Below, one piece after another: positions 48,656 to 58,104 of a DNA stretch of 64,000 nucleotides (position 1 is the stretch's first letter; every line of letters starts with the position of its first letter). A program made the position numbers and the translations under genes. Location of the stretch: the IMG/VR virus record IMGVR_UViG_3300031134_000466, one strand, 5' to 3'. Under the pieces are notes generated by a model, which saw nothing but the letters and a program-made list of their open reading frames with translations, did not search any database and had not been told where the DNA came from. Source of the stretch: a virus. Its lineage: Duplodnaviria > Heunggongvirae > Uroviricota > Caudoviricetes.

Positions 48656-49461
48656 CTCTCACTATTGCTTCATACAACATCCAAGTGCCTGCCGCTAAAG
48701 CTGAATTCCATGGCTGGGAGGGGAGGAAAGAAGAACTGTTGGCAACGTTGCCAACTTTAGGTGATCTGTTTGGTTTACAAGAAGTTTCATACGTAGATAC
48801 TCAAGGGTCAGAGGTTTCAACCCAGCTACGTAACAACGGATTTGATGGTTATGAACCTTCACATAACGACTTTAGCGAATATGATGACGAATTCCATCAG
48901 AGAAATCCTATCTTCTGGAAAGCTGACAAATTTGAACTCAAACAAAGCCATGTAAGGCTACTCACTACAGGAACTGTCGAAGAGCAGCAAGAGCTTCCCA
49001 ATATTGAAAACAGATACAGCACTCACGTATTGCTGGAGCATGTTTCAGGTGATTTGATCCATTTCTTCAACCTTCACCAGCAGCATGTTCCCATTGAACT
49101 AACAGATGAAGAACTCATTGCCAAATATGCAGCGGTGCAGGTAAAAGGTCTGATAGCTTTGCACGAATTTGCTCAGGAAGTCAACCCAGAAAATAATCCT
49201 GCAATCATTGTTGGAGATTTCAACTCTGTTTCCCCAACTGTCATGGGGTTCACCTGTGCCAAGAAAGCCGCTAACGAAAACGTGAATGGCCAGTACAACA
49301 GCTACCACGGCTATGTAGAAGAAACGGCTGCTAACGGTGACTACATAATTGACCATATACTGTCAAATTTCCCAGCTGGTGACATTCTTCGCACTGAGAC
49401 TTTGATAGAAGACAAAGGCAGCGACCATTACCCTCTGCAAGCATCATTCAAACACTGCTGA
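48652..49461 (+). CDS. Endonuclease/exonuclease/phosphatase (EEP) family protein
   Basis: IIVGDFNS, DHIL and GSDHYPL motifs. Confidence 0.7.
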   Translation: MTLTIASYNIQVPAAKAEFHGWEGRKEELLATLPTLGDLFGLQEVSYVDTQGSEVSTQLRNNGFDGYEPSHNDFSEYDDEFHQRNPIFWKADKFELKQSHVRLLTTGTVEEQQELPNIENRYSTHVLLEHVSGDLIHFFNLHQQHVPIELTDEELIAKYAAVQVKGLIALHEFAQEVNPENNPAIIVGDFNSVSPTVMGFTCAKKAANENVNGQYNSYHGYVEETAANGDYIIDHILSNFPAGDILRTETLIEDKGSDHYPLQASFKHC

Positions 49462-49519
49462 CGATAGTAAAAAATAGACTTCCGGTAGACTTGAACTCTG
49501 CCTAACCAGATTTGGAACC

Positions 49520-50176
49520 ATGAGAATAGTAGTAGCTGATTGTTCAGTCATTTACACAGGAAGAGGAGACACCCGTCTTCCCCGAGCAGTCCGAGCGATC
49601 ATTGTCAAAGATGATGGTTCAATCTCAGTGCATAACGACAAAAGTAACAAACCTTTGAACTATATGGGTAAAGGTAACGAGCTTTCAGAAGTTGAGCTGG
49701 AAGATTGTAAACTATGGTTCTTTGACACAAGGCAAGAAAGTCTCCGCATTACTTTACATGAAGTTATTTCTGACACTGATTTCCTCCTTGATCGAAACGA
49801 TGAAGGACTGATCCGTGACGGCACAGAGAAGCAGCTGCAGGCTTGGTTAGCAGAGAACCCAGAAGCATTAGGTGAAGGCTATACTTTCGTTCAAAGAGAA
49901 TATCAGACAGGTGCAGGAGCTGTTGATTTGTTAGTCACTGACCCTGAAGGTAACCCTGTGGCGGTAGAAGTGAAACGAGTGGCCATGATTAACAGTGTGA
50001 GCCAGACACAACGTTATGTTGAGTCGATGAAAGAGGACCCTGAGTTTGCCAATACCACTGGCATTATCGCCGCTTTAGACATTCGACCTAACACTGTGAA
50101 GTTAGCGGACAAAAAGAAAATCCGCTGTGTCACTTTACCAACATGGTGGCGTGACCCAGCGGATACTTCAATGTAA
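49520..50176 (+). CDS. NucS/EndoMS-like PD-(D/E)xK endonuclease
   Basis: GAGAVDLLVTDPEGNPVAVEVKR nuclease motif. Confidence 0.6.
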   Translation: MRIVVADCSVIYTGRGDTRLPRAVRAIIVKDDGSISVHNDKSNKPLNYMGKGNELSEVELEDCKLWFFDTRQESLRITLHEVISDTDFLLDRNDEGLIRDGTEKQLQAWLAENPEALGEGYTFVQREYQTGAGAVDLLVTDPEGNPVAVEVKRVAMINSVSQTQRYVESMKEDPEFANTTGIIAALDIRPNTVKLADKKKIRCVTLPTWWRDPADTSM

Positions 50177-50177
50177 T

Positions 50178-50666
50178 TCAGCCGTCAAACTTTTCGACAT
50201 CTTGAGGTGCTACACGGTAAGCGTATTCTGTTTTTGCTGACAGGTAGTACACGTACAGCTTGTCAGTTTTGTCAGTACTGGTTTCCAGAATGTAATTACG
50301 TTTTGCATCTTCATCCAAGAACCCGTTCTGATTGTGAAGCATCTCAAGCGATTCTTCTTTTGTAAGGCCAAGATAAGAGTAGTTCTTGTCAAACCATTTC
50401 AAATAGCTTTTTTCTGAAATAGCTACTTTCTGTTGGGGCTGGAAGAATGAAATGTGCCAGAAGCTGAAACCGGCAGCTCCTACAAGAAGGAGAGTGAATA
50501 GCCAGGTCAGGATAACAGGAAGTTGCCTGATGGCAGGGATAATCATGCCCAGGATGAGTAACCCTGCTGGGATGAGGAGGAACCAGAAGTTGAAGTTCTC
50601 ATACCCAGATAGATCATGAGGAGGCAACCAACCAGTGAGGTCTTCCAGTGTGATGTCGTTGGGCAT
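50178..50666 (-). CDS. Membrane protein (3 TM)
   Basis: Hydrophobic helices. Confidence 0.45.
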   Translation of the reverse strand: MPNDITLEDLTGWLPPHDLSGYENFNFWFLLIPAGLLILGMIIPAIRQLPVILTWLFTLLLVGAAGFSFWHISFFQPQQKVAISEKSYLKWFDKNYSYLGLTKEESLEMLHNQNGFLDEDAKRNYILETSTDKTDKLYVYYLSAKTEYAYRVAPQDVEKFDG

Positions 50667-50800
50667 GATTCTAATGTTCCTTAATCGTTGTCAGCTTTAT
50701 GAGCGGTCAAAGAATTCTATCATCAACGGCTAAAGCACATAGTATTTGACAGCTGGCTGGGTTTCATGGTAAGTTGGAGTATCTTAAGTTAGGAAACAAA

Positions 50801-51706
50801 ATGTCACAGATAATGCGGATTCACCGTGGAGTGCAAGGCTCTGGTAAATCCACAGAAGCCATCCGTTGGGTGAACCAGGACCCGTTAAACCGTGCCCGTG
50901 TGAACCGTGATGACATTCGTCTCAGCCAGTTCGGCTCCTACGAGCTTCCTCAGGAACTCGAAGTTGCTGTTACCAAAGTAGAGCATGCCATCATCACCGC
51001 ACTTCTTGCTGCACGCAAAAGTGTTGTTGTTGACAATGTGAACCTGAAAGCCAAGTACGTTAAAGAGTACCTGCTTATTGCGGAGAAAGCCAACGTACCT
51101 GTTGTGCATCAGGACTTCCCTGTGGAGTTGGAGACAGCTCTTGCTCGTAACGCTGCTCGTGACCGTAAAGTCCCTGCACATGTGATTGAGACAACATTCA
51201 AGCGTTACATTCAGAGTGGCAAGTTCCCTCCGTTCCCCGTACTTGACTACGAAGCCGCTGCAGCAGGAATCTATGTTCCTGATGAGACTCTGCCTAAAGC
51301 TATCCTTTTGGATGTTGACGGCACAGCCATGAAGATGGGTTCACATCGTGGACCGTTTGACTGGCACAAAGTCATTGATGACGAGCCTAACCCGCCTGTT
51401 GTTGAAACAGTAAAAGCTTTGCATGCTCAGGGCTACAAAGTTGTTGTCATGTCTGGTCGTGATGAAGTCTGCAAAACAGACACGTTACTTTCTCTGGAAG
51501 TAGCTGGTGTTCCTGTGGATGAAATCTACATGAGACCCCACAACGATTACCGTAAAGACAACATCATCAAGCGTGAACTTTTTGATGCTCACATTCGGGA
51601 GCGTTTCAACATCCTGTTAGCTTTGGATGACCGGAACCAGGTTGTGGACGCTTACCGTCGTGAGCTGGGTCTTCCTGTCTTTCAGGTTGACTACGGAGAC
51701 TTCTAA
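50801..51706 (+). CDS. pnk: Polynucleotide 5'-kinase/3'-phosphatase (T4 Pnk-like)
   Basis: N-terminal P-loop GVQGSGKST kinase; C-terminal HAD LLDVDGT...SGRD...LDDR; AGGAAA SD. Confidence 0.8.
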   Translation: MSQIMRIHRGVQGSGKSTEAIRWVNQDPLNRARVNRDDIRLSQFGSYELPQELEVAVTKVEHAIITALLAARKSVVVDNVNLKAKYVKEYLLIAEKANVPVVHQDFPVELETALARNAARDRKVPAHVIETTFKRYIQSGKFPPFPVLDYEAAAAGIYVPDETLPKAILLDVDGTAMKMGSHRGPFDWHKVIDDEPNPPVVETVKALHAQGYKVVVMSGRDEVCKTDTLLSLEVAGVPVDEIYMRPHNDYRKDNIIKRELFDAHIRERFNILLALDDRNQVVDAYRRELGLPVFQVDYGDF

Positions 51707-51717
51707 GTCAGCATGAG

Positions 51718-51750
51718 TAAAGCCCCGAATCGTAACTTGATTCGGGGCTT
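51718..51750. terminator. Bidirectional hairpin terminator
   Basis: aaagccccgaatc/gattcggggcttt. Confidence 0.65.
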
Positions 51751-51757
51751 TACCTGT

Positions 51758-52729
51758 TTAAATTTCTCGCAGCTGCACAATTGTCAGTTCAGTTGCTTCA
51801 CCTTTTTTATTGACCCTTTTGACTTTCACATCATTAGCAACAACTTCGAATTTTGCACCACGAGGAATGATGAACTCATACTCTCTTGGACCTTGCGATG
51901 AAATAGCTGTGATTGGGGCTCCACTTTTTGTAAGAATCTGTAAAGAAACATTGATGTTGTCTTTGGAAGGTAAATCTTGAGGATTCAAACTTGTCGATAA
52001 GAAGAATTTAGGTTCGTAAGTGCTACCAACAGGGAAATGTTTGTCGAGGTTTTGAGCGTCATCACTTGAATGATATCCTTTTTCATCATAAAGATGATGA
52101 CGGCGGTAAACCATCACGCCTTCTTCTGCTGGTTCGTGTTTAGCAAAAGCATCATCCAGGATAGTTACAGCTGCATCCAACGTTTCAGGTGCAACATTTT
52201 TTGCGTACGGATTTGTTGAAGCTGAAAGATGGCCGTTGATGTCAGCATAGCCATCTTCTGAATACCAGCGAAGAGTAGCTATTTCAGTATCATCCAGTTT
52301 GGCACTCCAGTTTTGGGAATCTGCCATGCTGTTCAACAGGTCAGCATGTTTGTAATGCATCTCTTCAAGAGTGTCACCAGTTTCGAAAAACGTCGGAGAA
52401 GTGTAAGCAGCTTTTTGTGCTTTTTTGTGGGTGATGACTTTACGATCCGCAACAGCAGCTAATCTTCTGGCTCGTTCTTGAGAAAGCGCTTCGTATTCTT
52501 CTGCATGCCATTCCTGCGTTGGATTCTTTTTGATCTGTCTTTCCAAAGACTTTAGATAAGCTGGTGTTAGTTTGTACTCTGCTTCAGCTTTTCTTCTTAC
52601 CGCTATTAGCTTCTCAAGCTCTGGGTCTTTGCGGTTGTCCATGAAAGCACTGAGAACCGCTTGATGAGCTTTAGCGTAGGTGGCTGCAGCATGAGCTGAA
52701 CAACGGGGACCAGGTTTTGGGTAACACAT
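51758..52729 (-). CDS. Mono-ADP-ribosyltransferase (R-S-E class) with the Cys/His N-terminal module
   Basis: MCYPKPGPRCSAHA N-terminus; VYRR, LSTSL, PREYEFIIPRGAKFEVV. Confidence 0.8.
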   Translation of the reverse strand: MCYPKPGPRCSAHAAATYAKAHQAVLSAFMDNRKDPELEKLIAVRRKAEAEYKLTPAYLKSLERQIKKNPTQEWHAEEYEALSQERARRLAAVADRKVITHKKAQKAAYTSPTFFETGDTLEEMHYKHADLLNSMADSQNWSAKLDDTEIATLRWYSEDGYADINGHLSASTNPYAKNVAPETLDAAVTILDDAFAKHEPAEEGVMVYRRHHLYDEKGYHSSDDAQNLDKHFPVGSTYEPKFFLSTSLNPQDLPSKDNINVSLQILTKSGAPITAISSQGPREYEFIIPRGAKFEVVANDVKVKRVNKKGEATELTIVQLREI

Positions 52730-52811
52730 GCTCCATTTCTAACAGCTTGACATCCCATCATTTATCCGATACTGTTGTTACTATACGAACCGAATAGCAG
52801 ATTGAGGTTAT

Positions 52812-53015
52812 ATGCCTGGAATGATGGCTTCCAACAAGAACCGTGCCGTGAACAACGTTGACAGCACTATGTTCGATGATGGTTTCTGGCAGCACCGACA
52901 CTTCAAAGGTAAGCGTCGCACTGGAGCTGCAACTGGTGGTCGCGGTTGGCGTCGAGCTCTTCGCAAGAAGGAGAAGCAGAGCGTCAAAAAGGACATCCGT
53001 AACGACGAAATGTGA
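52812..53015 (+). CDS. Small, highly basic protein (67 aa)
   Basis: GAGG SD 6 nt upstream; followed on the + strand by a hairpin and T-tract; preferred over the antisense ORF. Confidence 0.4.
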   Translation: MPGMMASNKNRAVNNVDSTMFDDGFWQHRHFKGKRRTGAATGGRGWRRALRKKEKQSVKKDIRNDEM

Positions 53016-53025
53016 ACTGTAAATA

Positions 53026-53061
53026 GGGTCAAAATCCTGATAAACTCAAGGATTTTGACCC
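53026..53061 (+). terminator. Hairpin terminator with a T-tract
   Basis: gggtcaaaatcc/ggattttgaccc followed by tattttgtt. Confidence 0.65.
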
Positions 53062-53146
53062 TATTTTGTTGCTGGATACCGTGTTCTGTGGTAGACTTGA
53101 GTAACATACAACGCAGCATCACACAGTTCACTGAAAGGGTTCCATT

Positions 53147-54028
53147 ATGACTACAAATTTAGGTTTCAGAGCTGAGGTCTCATACGACGCAGTGAAAGAT
53201 TTGACTCTCATGAGTTCATCATCTTCAGACTTCTCTTCTCCTCTTAACTTTGCCCTCACACGAGGTTCTGACGAGGACAAAGCCGTCAGGGCTCTCCTCG
53301 AAGACCAGGGACGAGTAGAATTCGTCAAGTCAGCGGTTTCTTTGAACAACCTTTCCCAGGTAGGTTCTTTCGGTGTTAGAACAGACGGTAATCCTTCCCG
53401 AGCTGACCTGGGTGTTCACAAGAACCTCACTATCGCAGGTAAAGATGGTTCAGGTGTTCTGAACTTCGTCAGAAACTATCTTCTTTGGGCTTACGCTACA
53501 AACACTCGAATCTATGCTGTGAACGCTCCAGCTGACATGTACGGTGCTGTGAATTACTTGCGTACTGACAAACTGGTTCGTATCGACTCAGGAGATGAGC
53601 CGAACATTGATTCCATCTGGAGTCAGTACGATGCTGATGTTGCTGCTGGTCGTCCTGTGCTTGTGTTGGTGAACAGCATTGGTGATATCGAAGACCAGGA
53701 TGAGGTGGTTGCAAGTTTCCTTGCCCATGTTGACACACGCAAGTTCGAAGTTTACGCTCTTTCTTTCTCAACATTCCAGGAAGAGCTTCCAGAAGACACT
53801 CATTACGAGAACTTCTTCTGGCGAGTTGGTGTTGACGCTGAGCACACTACAGGTTTCATTGGTGACACTCTTCCTGAGATTGCATCTTACATGATGAAAG
53901 AACATGTAGGAATTCCTCATGAGAACCCTCGTGGCGTGCTGTGGTTAAACAGAAATGCTGAGCGTTACGAACGAGTTATCACCTATGTGGTGCCTCGTCG
54001 TTTCTGGGAAGACAGCCTGAACTTCTGA
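53147..54028 (+). CDS. Hypothetical protein
   Basis: ORF only. Confidence 0.5.
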   Translation: MTTNLGFRAEVSYDAVKDLTLMSSSSSDFSSPLNFALTRGSDEDKAVRALLEDQGRVEFVKSAVSLNNLSQVGSFGVRTDGNPSRADLGVHKNLTIAGKDGSGVLNFVRNYLLWAYATNTRIYAVNAPADMYGAVNYLRTDKLVRIDSGDEPNIDSIWSQYDADVAAGRPVLVLVNSIGDIEDQDEVVASFLAHVDTRKFEVYALSFSTFQEELPEDTHYENFFWRVGVDAEHTTGFIGDTLPEIASYMMKEHVGIPHENPRGVLWLNRNAERYERVITYVVPRRFWEDSLNF

Positions 54029-54036
54029 TTTCAGAC

Positions 54037-54081
54037 AATTGAGGGACCTGTGCTTGTAATTAAAGTGCAGGTCCCTCAATT
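54037..54081 (+). terminator. Hairpin terminator with a T-tract
   Basis: aattgagggacctg/caggtccctcaatt followed by ttttgt. Confidence 0.7.
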
Positions 54082-54121
54082 TTTTGTATTCTGCTGTCTG
54101 TTTCTTTGTTAGTAATAGGGC

Positions 54122-55363
54122 ATGTCAACTACAAGAAAACCTCCTTATCATCACAGCGATGGTACAAACTGCTGGACTAAAGATTGTTCGATCAGAGGCC
54201 GTGAAGATACAGAAAAAGCTGCTTTCTTCAAGCAAGTAGAAACAGCTGCTGAGACTGTTGTTCCAACCAATGAATTGCCTCCTCTGTCAGCTTTTCAGAA
54301 AGCCTATGATGATGGTCGCATTGAGTGCAGCCGCCACCCTGAACATCCTTATGTGACTTACAAGTATTCCAGAACAACTCAGTTTGCTTCTGACTGGGAT
54401 GATGTGACCTTAGCGTCTCGTGGTGTCATCTTCAATGAGGAGACAGGCGAGATTGTTGCTCGTCCATTTGCTAAGTTCTTCAACCATAACGAACCGTCAG
54501 TTCCCAGAGACAAATTACATGGCCGTATTAGTGTAACTGACAAGCTGGACGGTTCTTTAGGAATTGGTTATGTTGATGAGAACGGTAAGTTCAACATTGC
54601 AACCTCTGGAAGCTTTATCTCTGAACAGGCAAAACGTTCTACAGAGCTCTATCATGAGCGTTATGAAGGCAACTGGAAGCCAAATCCTAAGTTGACCTAC
54701 ATGTGGGAAATCATCTACCCAGAAAATCGTGTCGTGGTCAACTATGGCGATGAAGATGACTTGCATCTCATCGGTGCTGTCAACAAACGAACTGGTAAAT
54801 CAGTTCCGTTGCGTGACATCAAAGAATGGAAGTGGAAAAGAGCTGAAGAGTACAAAGACTTCTCCTCCTTGGATGCTGTTCTTCACTCTCCTGAAAGAGA
54901 AAACCGTGAAGGTTTCATTGTTCATTACATCGATACTGATACCCGCGTGAAATACAAGCATGCAGATTATCTTGAGCTCCATCGTAACCGTACTGGCGTG
55001 ACTTCCAAAACTATCTGGCGTAAAATGCGTATGGGTGAAGATATGGCAGGTTGGAAAGAGAACATGCCTGAAGAGTTCAGTGAGTTCGTATCCACTCGTC
55101 AAGCTAAAATCACTGCCGGATATAACAAAGAAATTGCCCAAATTACTGATGAGCATGGCACTTTCAAAGCAACTCTTCCTGCTGGTTATGACCGTAAGAC
55201 TTTTGCTACCACTTTGAAAAACTCACCTCTTGTACCAGCCGAAAACAAAGCTTTCGTCATGAACCTTGAGTTCAACGGCAGTGCTGTTGGAAGTGTTGTT
55301 CAATCTCATAAGATTTGGGACCGTGTGAAACCTGAGGACGAGAACACCTTGTGGAACATGTAA
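54122..55363 (+). CDS. ATP-dependent RNA ligase, paralogue 2
   Basis: VTDKLDGSLG motif I; paralogous to the ligase at 39328. Confidence 0.75.
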   Translation: MSTTRKPPYHHSDGTNCWTKDCSIRGREDTEKAAFFKQVETAAETVVPTNELPPLSAFQKAYDDGRIECSRHPEHPYVTYKYSRTTQFASDWDDVTLASRGVIFNEETGEIVARPFAKFFNHNEPSVPRDKLHGRISVTDKLDGSLGIGYVDENGKFNIATSGSFISEQAKRSTELYHERYEGNWKPNPKLTYMWEIIYPENRVVVNYGDEDDLHLIGAVNKRTGKSVPLRDIKEWKWKRAEEYKDFSSLDAVLHSPERENREGFIVHYIDTDTRVKYKHADYLELHRNRTGVTSKTIWRKMRMGEDMAGWKENMPEEFSEFVSTRQAKITAGYNKEIAQITDEHGTFKATLPAGYDRKTFATTLKNSPLVPAENKAFVMNLEFNGSAVGSVVQSHKIWDRVKPEDENTLWNM

Positions 55364-55364
55364 T

Positions 55365-55652
55365 TCAAGTAAAGAGGTTCCACAAAAAGTCTCCGACCCC
55401 GAAGATAATAAAGAACAAGTTTATCATTAGAGCAGAAAAGAAAATTTTTTGCGAAACATTGGAGGCTTGACTTTGATTATCAATAAGATTACCAGCTCCA
55501 GCAAATAAGAGGACCAAACCCCACCAAGCCGCTCCCTTAAAAACAAAAATATAAATTACAGCCAGAACAACCAAGATAACATAATAAAACGCGGCAAAAT
55601 AAAGAAGTGCTTGAGTATCTTGTTGTTCTTCATTGGTAGAATTAGTTTTCAC
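55365..55652 (-). CDS. Small membrane protein (3 TM)
   Basis: Hydrophobic helices. Confidence 0.4.
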   Translation of the reverse strand: MKTNSTNEEQQDTQALLYFAAFYYVILVVLAVIYIFVFKGAAWWGLVLLFAGAGNLIDNQSQASNVSQKIFFSALMINLFFIIFGVGDFLWNLFT

Positions 55653-55746
55653 CTTGGACCTCCTAATTTTAAATCGGCTGATTATTTTACGAATTGTACT
55701 GTAATTATAGTCATTCTGACGATAAAGATGGTATGATTAGGATGTT

Positions 55747-56412
55747 ATGAAGAACACATACGGAATTCTCGGCGGATATGGGGCGGTAGCCACCCTACAT
55801 CTCCAGCAGCTGCTCGTGAAGCGAGTCCTCAGCACTGGACAGTACGCTGATATTGCCTTCCCTCGTATGGTAATTTCCAATCTGCCTGAAGACATCATCA
55901 ATGCTGAAGGACATATCAGCAGCCTTGGTAGCCTGCGGACTGAACTTGGTAAAACAGCTCCTCTATTCCAAGGAGCCACAGATGTTTATGTCATTTGTAA
56001 CACCTTCCATGTCGAAGAAGAGTTCATGCAGCGAGTCTTCGCTAACAAACTACATTCTGTTCCGGCTTTAACCAGTCAAGCTGTCGTAGATGCTGGATAC
56101 TCCAAACCTCTTATCGTAGGTTCCAAGCTGACTTCTCAGGATAACCTGTACAGTCATACAGCTTACACCTCAACTAACATGTTTGCGGATGAGCTAATCA
56201 CTGCTGGAATGAAGTACCAGACATCTCACTCTCAGCTGGCAGATGTCATAGCTGCTGCCAAACAGGCTAGCTCAGACTGCATTGTTTTAGGTTGCACAGA
56301 TTTGTCCGTGATGGCTGACACTCTCCGAACCATGACTGCACTTCCCGTAATCGACTCCGTTGAAGCAGTCGCCAACCATATTTACAACTCCCATACGAAA
56401 GATGAATCGTGA
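55747..56412 (+). CDS. Asp/Glu/hydantoin racemase superfamily protein (aspartate-racemase-like)
   Basis: GILGGYGAVAT, catalytic VICNTFH and VLGCTDL, PVIDSVE. Confidence 0.7.
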   Translation: MKNTYGILGGYGAVATLHLQQLLVKRVLSTGQYADIAFPRMVISNLPEDIINAEGHISSLGSLRTELGKTAPLFQGATDVYVICNTFHVEEEFMQRVFANKLHSVPALTSQAVVDAGYSKPLIVGSKLTSQDNLYSHTAYTSTNMFADELITAGMKYQTSHSQLADVIAAAKQASSDCIVLGCTDLSVMADTLRTMTALPVIDSVEAVANHIYNSHTKDES

Positions 56413-57374
56413 AAGTCTACAACGACACAGTAACCATGACTGCAGAGCTGGCTCAGACCTTAGAGCAATTGAGAGCTGTGCGGGCTTTTGACGCTACAGA
56501 ATGGATTGAGCGTAAGGTTGTCCTAATCAACCAGTACTTCGCTCAGAACAAGCTCTCAGGGGCTGTAGTAGGTGTTTCTGGTGGCATCGACTCAGCTGTA
56601 GCCCTTTCACTTCTTGTCAAAGCATCCCAGCAAGACAACAGCCCAATTCAGAAGATTGTCCCTCTTCTACTTCCTGCTCTTTCTTACGAAGGTGCAACTA
56701 ACCAAGACGGGGCAGTTCAGCAGGCTACTGACCTATGCCAGAACCTTGGACTGAAGCCAGCTGTTTTCACTAAGCTCACATCTCTTTCCCAAGTGATTAC
56801 TTCTGAACTGGAAGACATTCTGGACATCAAATCAACAGACTGGGCTAAAGGACAGCTAGTGGCTTACACCAGAACCCCAGTCCTGTACAACACCTGCTCA
56901 ATCCTTACTGACGCCGGCTACCCTGCACTGGTTGTAGGAACCACAAACCTTTCCGAAGGTGGATACCTCGGTTATGTCGGAAAAGCTTCAGATGGTATGG
57001 TTGACCTGCAAGTAATTTCTGATTTGTACAAGTCAGAAGTGTACAAAGTCGCAGCTTTACTTGAAGTTCCTGAAAGCGTTATGAAAGCTACTCCTACAGG
57101 GGACATGTACGACGGTCGTGAAGATGAAACAGTTTTCGGAGCTTCTTACGACTTCGTAGAGCTGTTTCATCTATGGCTACAGGCACGCAGCGTCCCATTG
57201 AAACTTCTTCGAGATGCCCACTTTGTCACAGGAGCTAAAAACCTGCAAAAACTGCACGACTACAACGCACATAAGTACACCTACGGAACTCCATCCATTC
57301 ACCTGGACATTATGAACGCAGCAATCCCAAACGGATGGAACAATCAGCCTTGGAGGCCCCAGAATGGCAACTAA
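56409..57374 (+). CDS. NAD synthetase-like PP-loop ATP pyrophosphatase (divergent NadE)
   Basis: VGVSGGIDSAV PP-loop; NadE-like length; ATGA overlap with the upstream gene. Confidence 0.65.
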   Translation: MKVYNDTVTMTAELAQTLEQLRAVRAFDATEWIERKVVLINQYFAQNKLSGAVVGVSGGIDSAVALSLLVKASQQDNSPIQKIVPLLLPALSYEGATNQDGAVQQATDLCQNLGLKPAVFTKLTSLSQVITSELEDILDIKSTDWAKGQLVAYTRTPVLYNTCSILTDAGYPALVVGTTNLSEGGYLGYVGKASDGMVDLQVISDLYKSEVYKVAALLEVPESVMKATPTGDMYDGREDETVFGASYDFVELFHLWLQARSVPLKLLRDAHFVTGAKNLQKLHDYNAHKYTYGTPSIHLDIMNAAIPNGWNNQPWRPQNGN

Positions 57375-58104
57375 ATTCGTAAACCAAGTCAACTTCGAAA
57401 TCCCTACTGTTGCTCACACAGTTCAAGTGAGACCGTTCCCTGAACTTGACCGTACAGCGGTAGTGATTCCTGAACTCGTCCCTGCCGAGGAAAAAGTCAG
57501 TATCATGGCAGCGTTGGAAGACTCCAACTGGCAGCCAGTGTCAGTGACAGGAATGTCAGGAAACTGGAAAGAAGGTGACCCTATTGGTTCTTACCGTGCT
57601 TCCAACTACACTCCTGAGTATGCTGAAGTTCTGTGGAACAGAATCAAACACGGTTTCCCTACTGTACGCACATTCACAGATGCTGATAACACCGACTTCG
57701 ATGGTCATGAGCTGTGGGAACCCATTGGCGTGTCACCTCTTCTTCGATTCATCAAATATGAAGAAGGCGGCTGGCTTGTAGTTCATTACGATGCTCCGTA
57801 TGTCGAATCAGAAGATGTTCGCACACTCCAAAGCCTTGTCGTATATCTGGAACACCCAGGTGAACTTCACGGAGGAGCAACCCGCTACCTTCATGACCCT
57901 CAGGCTCATCTTCCTGTTACTCAGCGTGAACTCAACGACGAATACCGTGCTGCTGAAGAAGATGAAGTGAGACTCCGCTTCGCTCCTGAAGATGGAACAG
58001 CTGTAGTCTTCGACCACCGCCTTCTGCATGACGCTGAAAAGGTCACAGGAACTGGCACAAAAACAATCATTCGAACAGACATTATGTACAGGAAAGTACG
58101 ATGA
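57364..58104 (+). CDS. 2OG-Fe(II) oxygenase family protein
   Basis: H-x-D (HYDAPY) and distal His (RLLHDAE) facial triad. Confidence 0.55.
   Translation: MATKFVNQVNFEIPTVAHTVQVRPFPELDRTAVVIPELVPAEEKVSIMAALEDSNWQPVSVTGMSGNWKEGDPIGSYRASNYTPEYAEVLWNRIKHGFPTVRTFTDADNTDFDGHELWEPIGVSPLLRFIKYEEGGWLVVHYDAPYVESEDVRTLQSLVVYLEHPGELHGGATRYLHDPQAHLPVTQRELNDEYRAAEEDEVRLRFAPEDGTAVVFDHRLLHDAEKVTGTGTKTIIRTDIMYRKVR

Noticed and set aside
52808-53131. 107-aa minus-strand ORF in the gap between the ART and the 53147 gene
   Set aside because: It overlaps the plus-strand 67-aa basic ORF, which has a GAGG SD and a downstream plus-strand terminator with a T-tract. The plus-strand reading was preferred, but both are low confidence.
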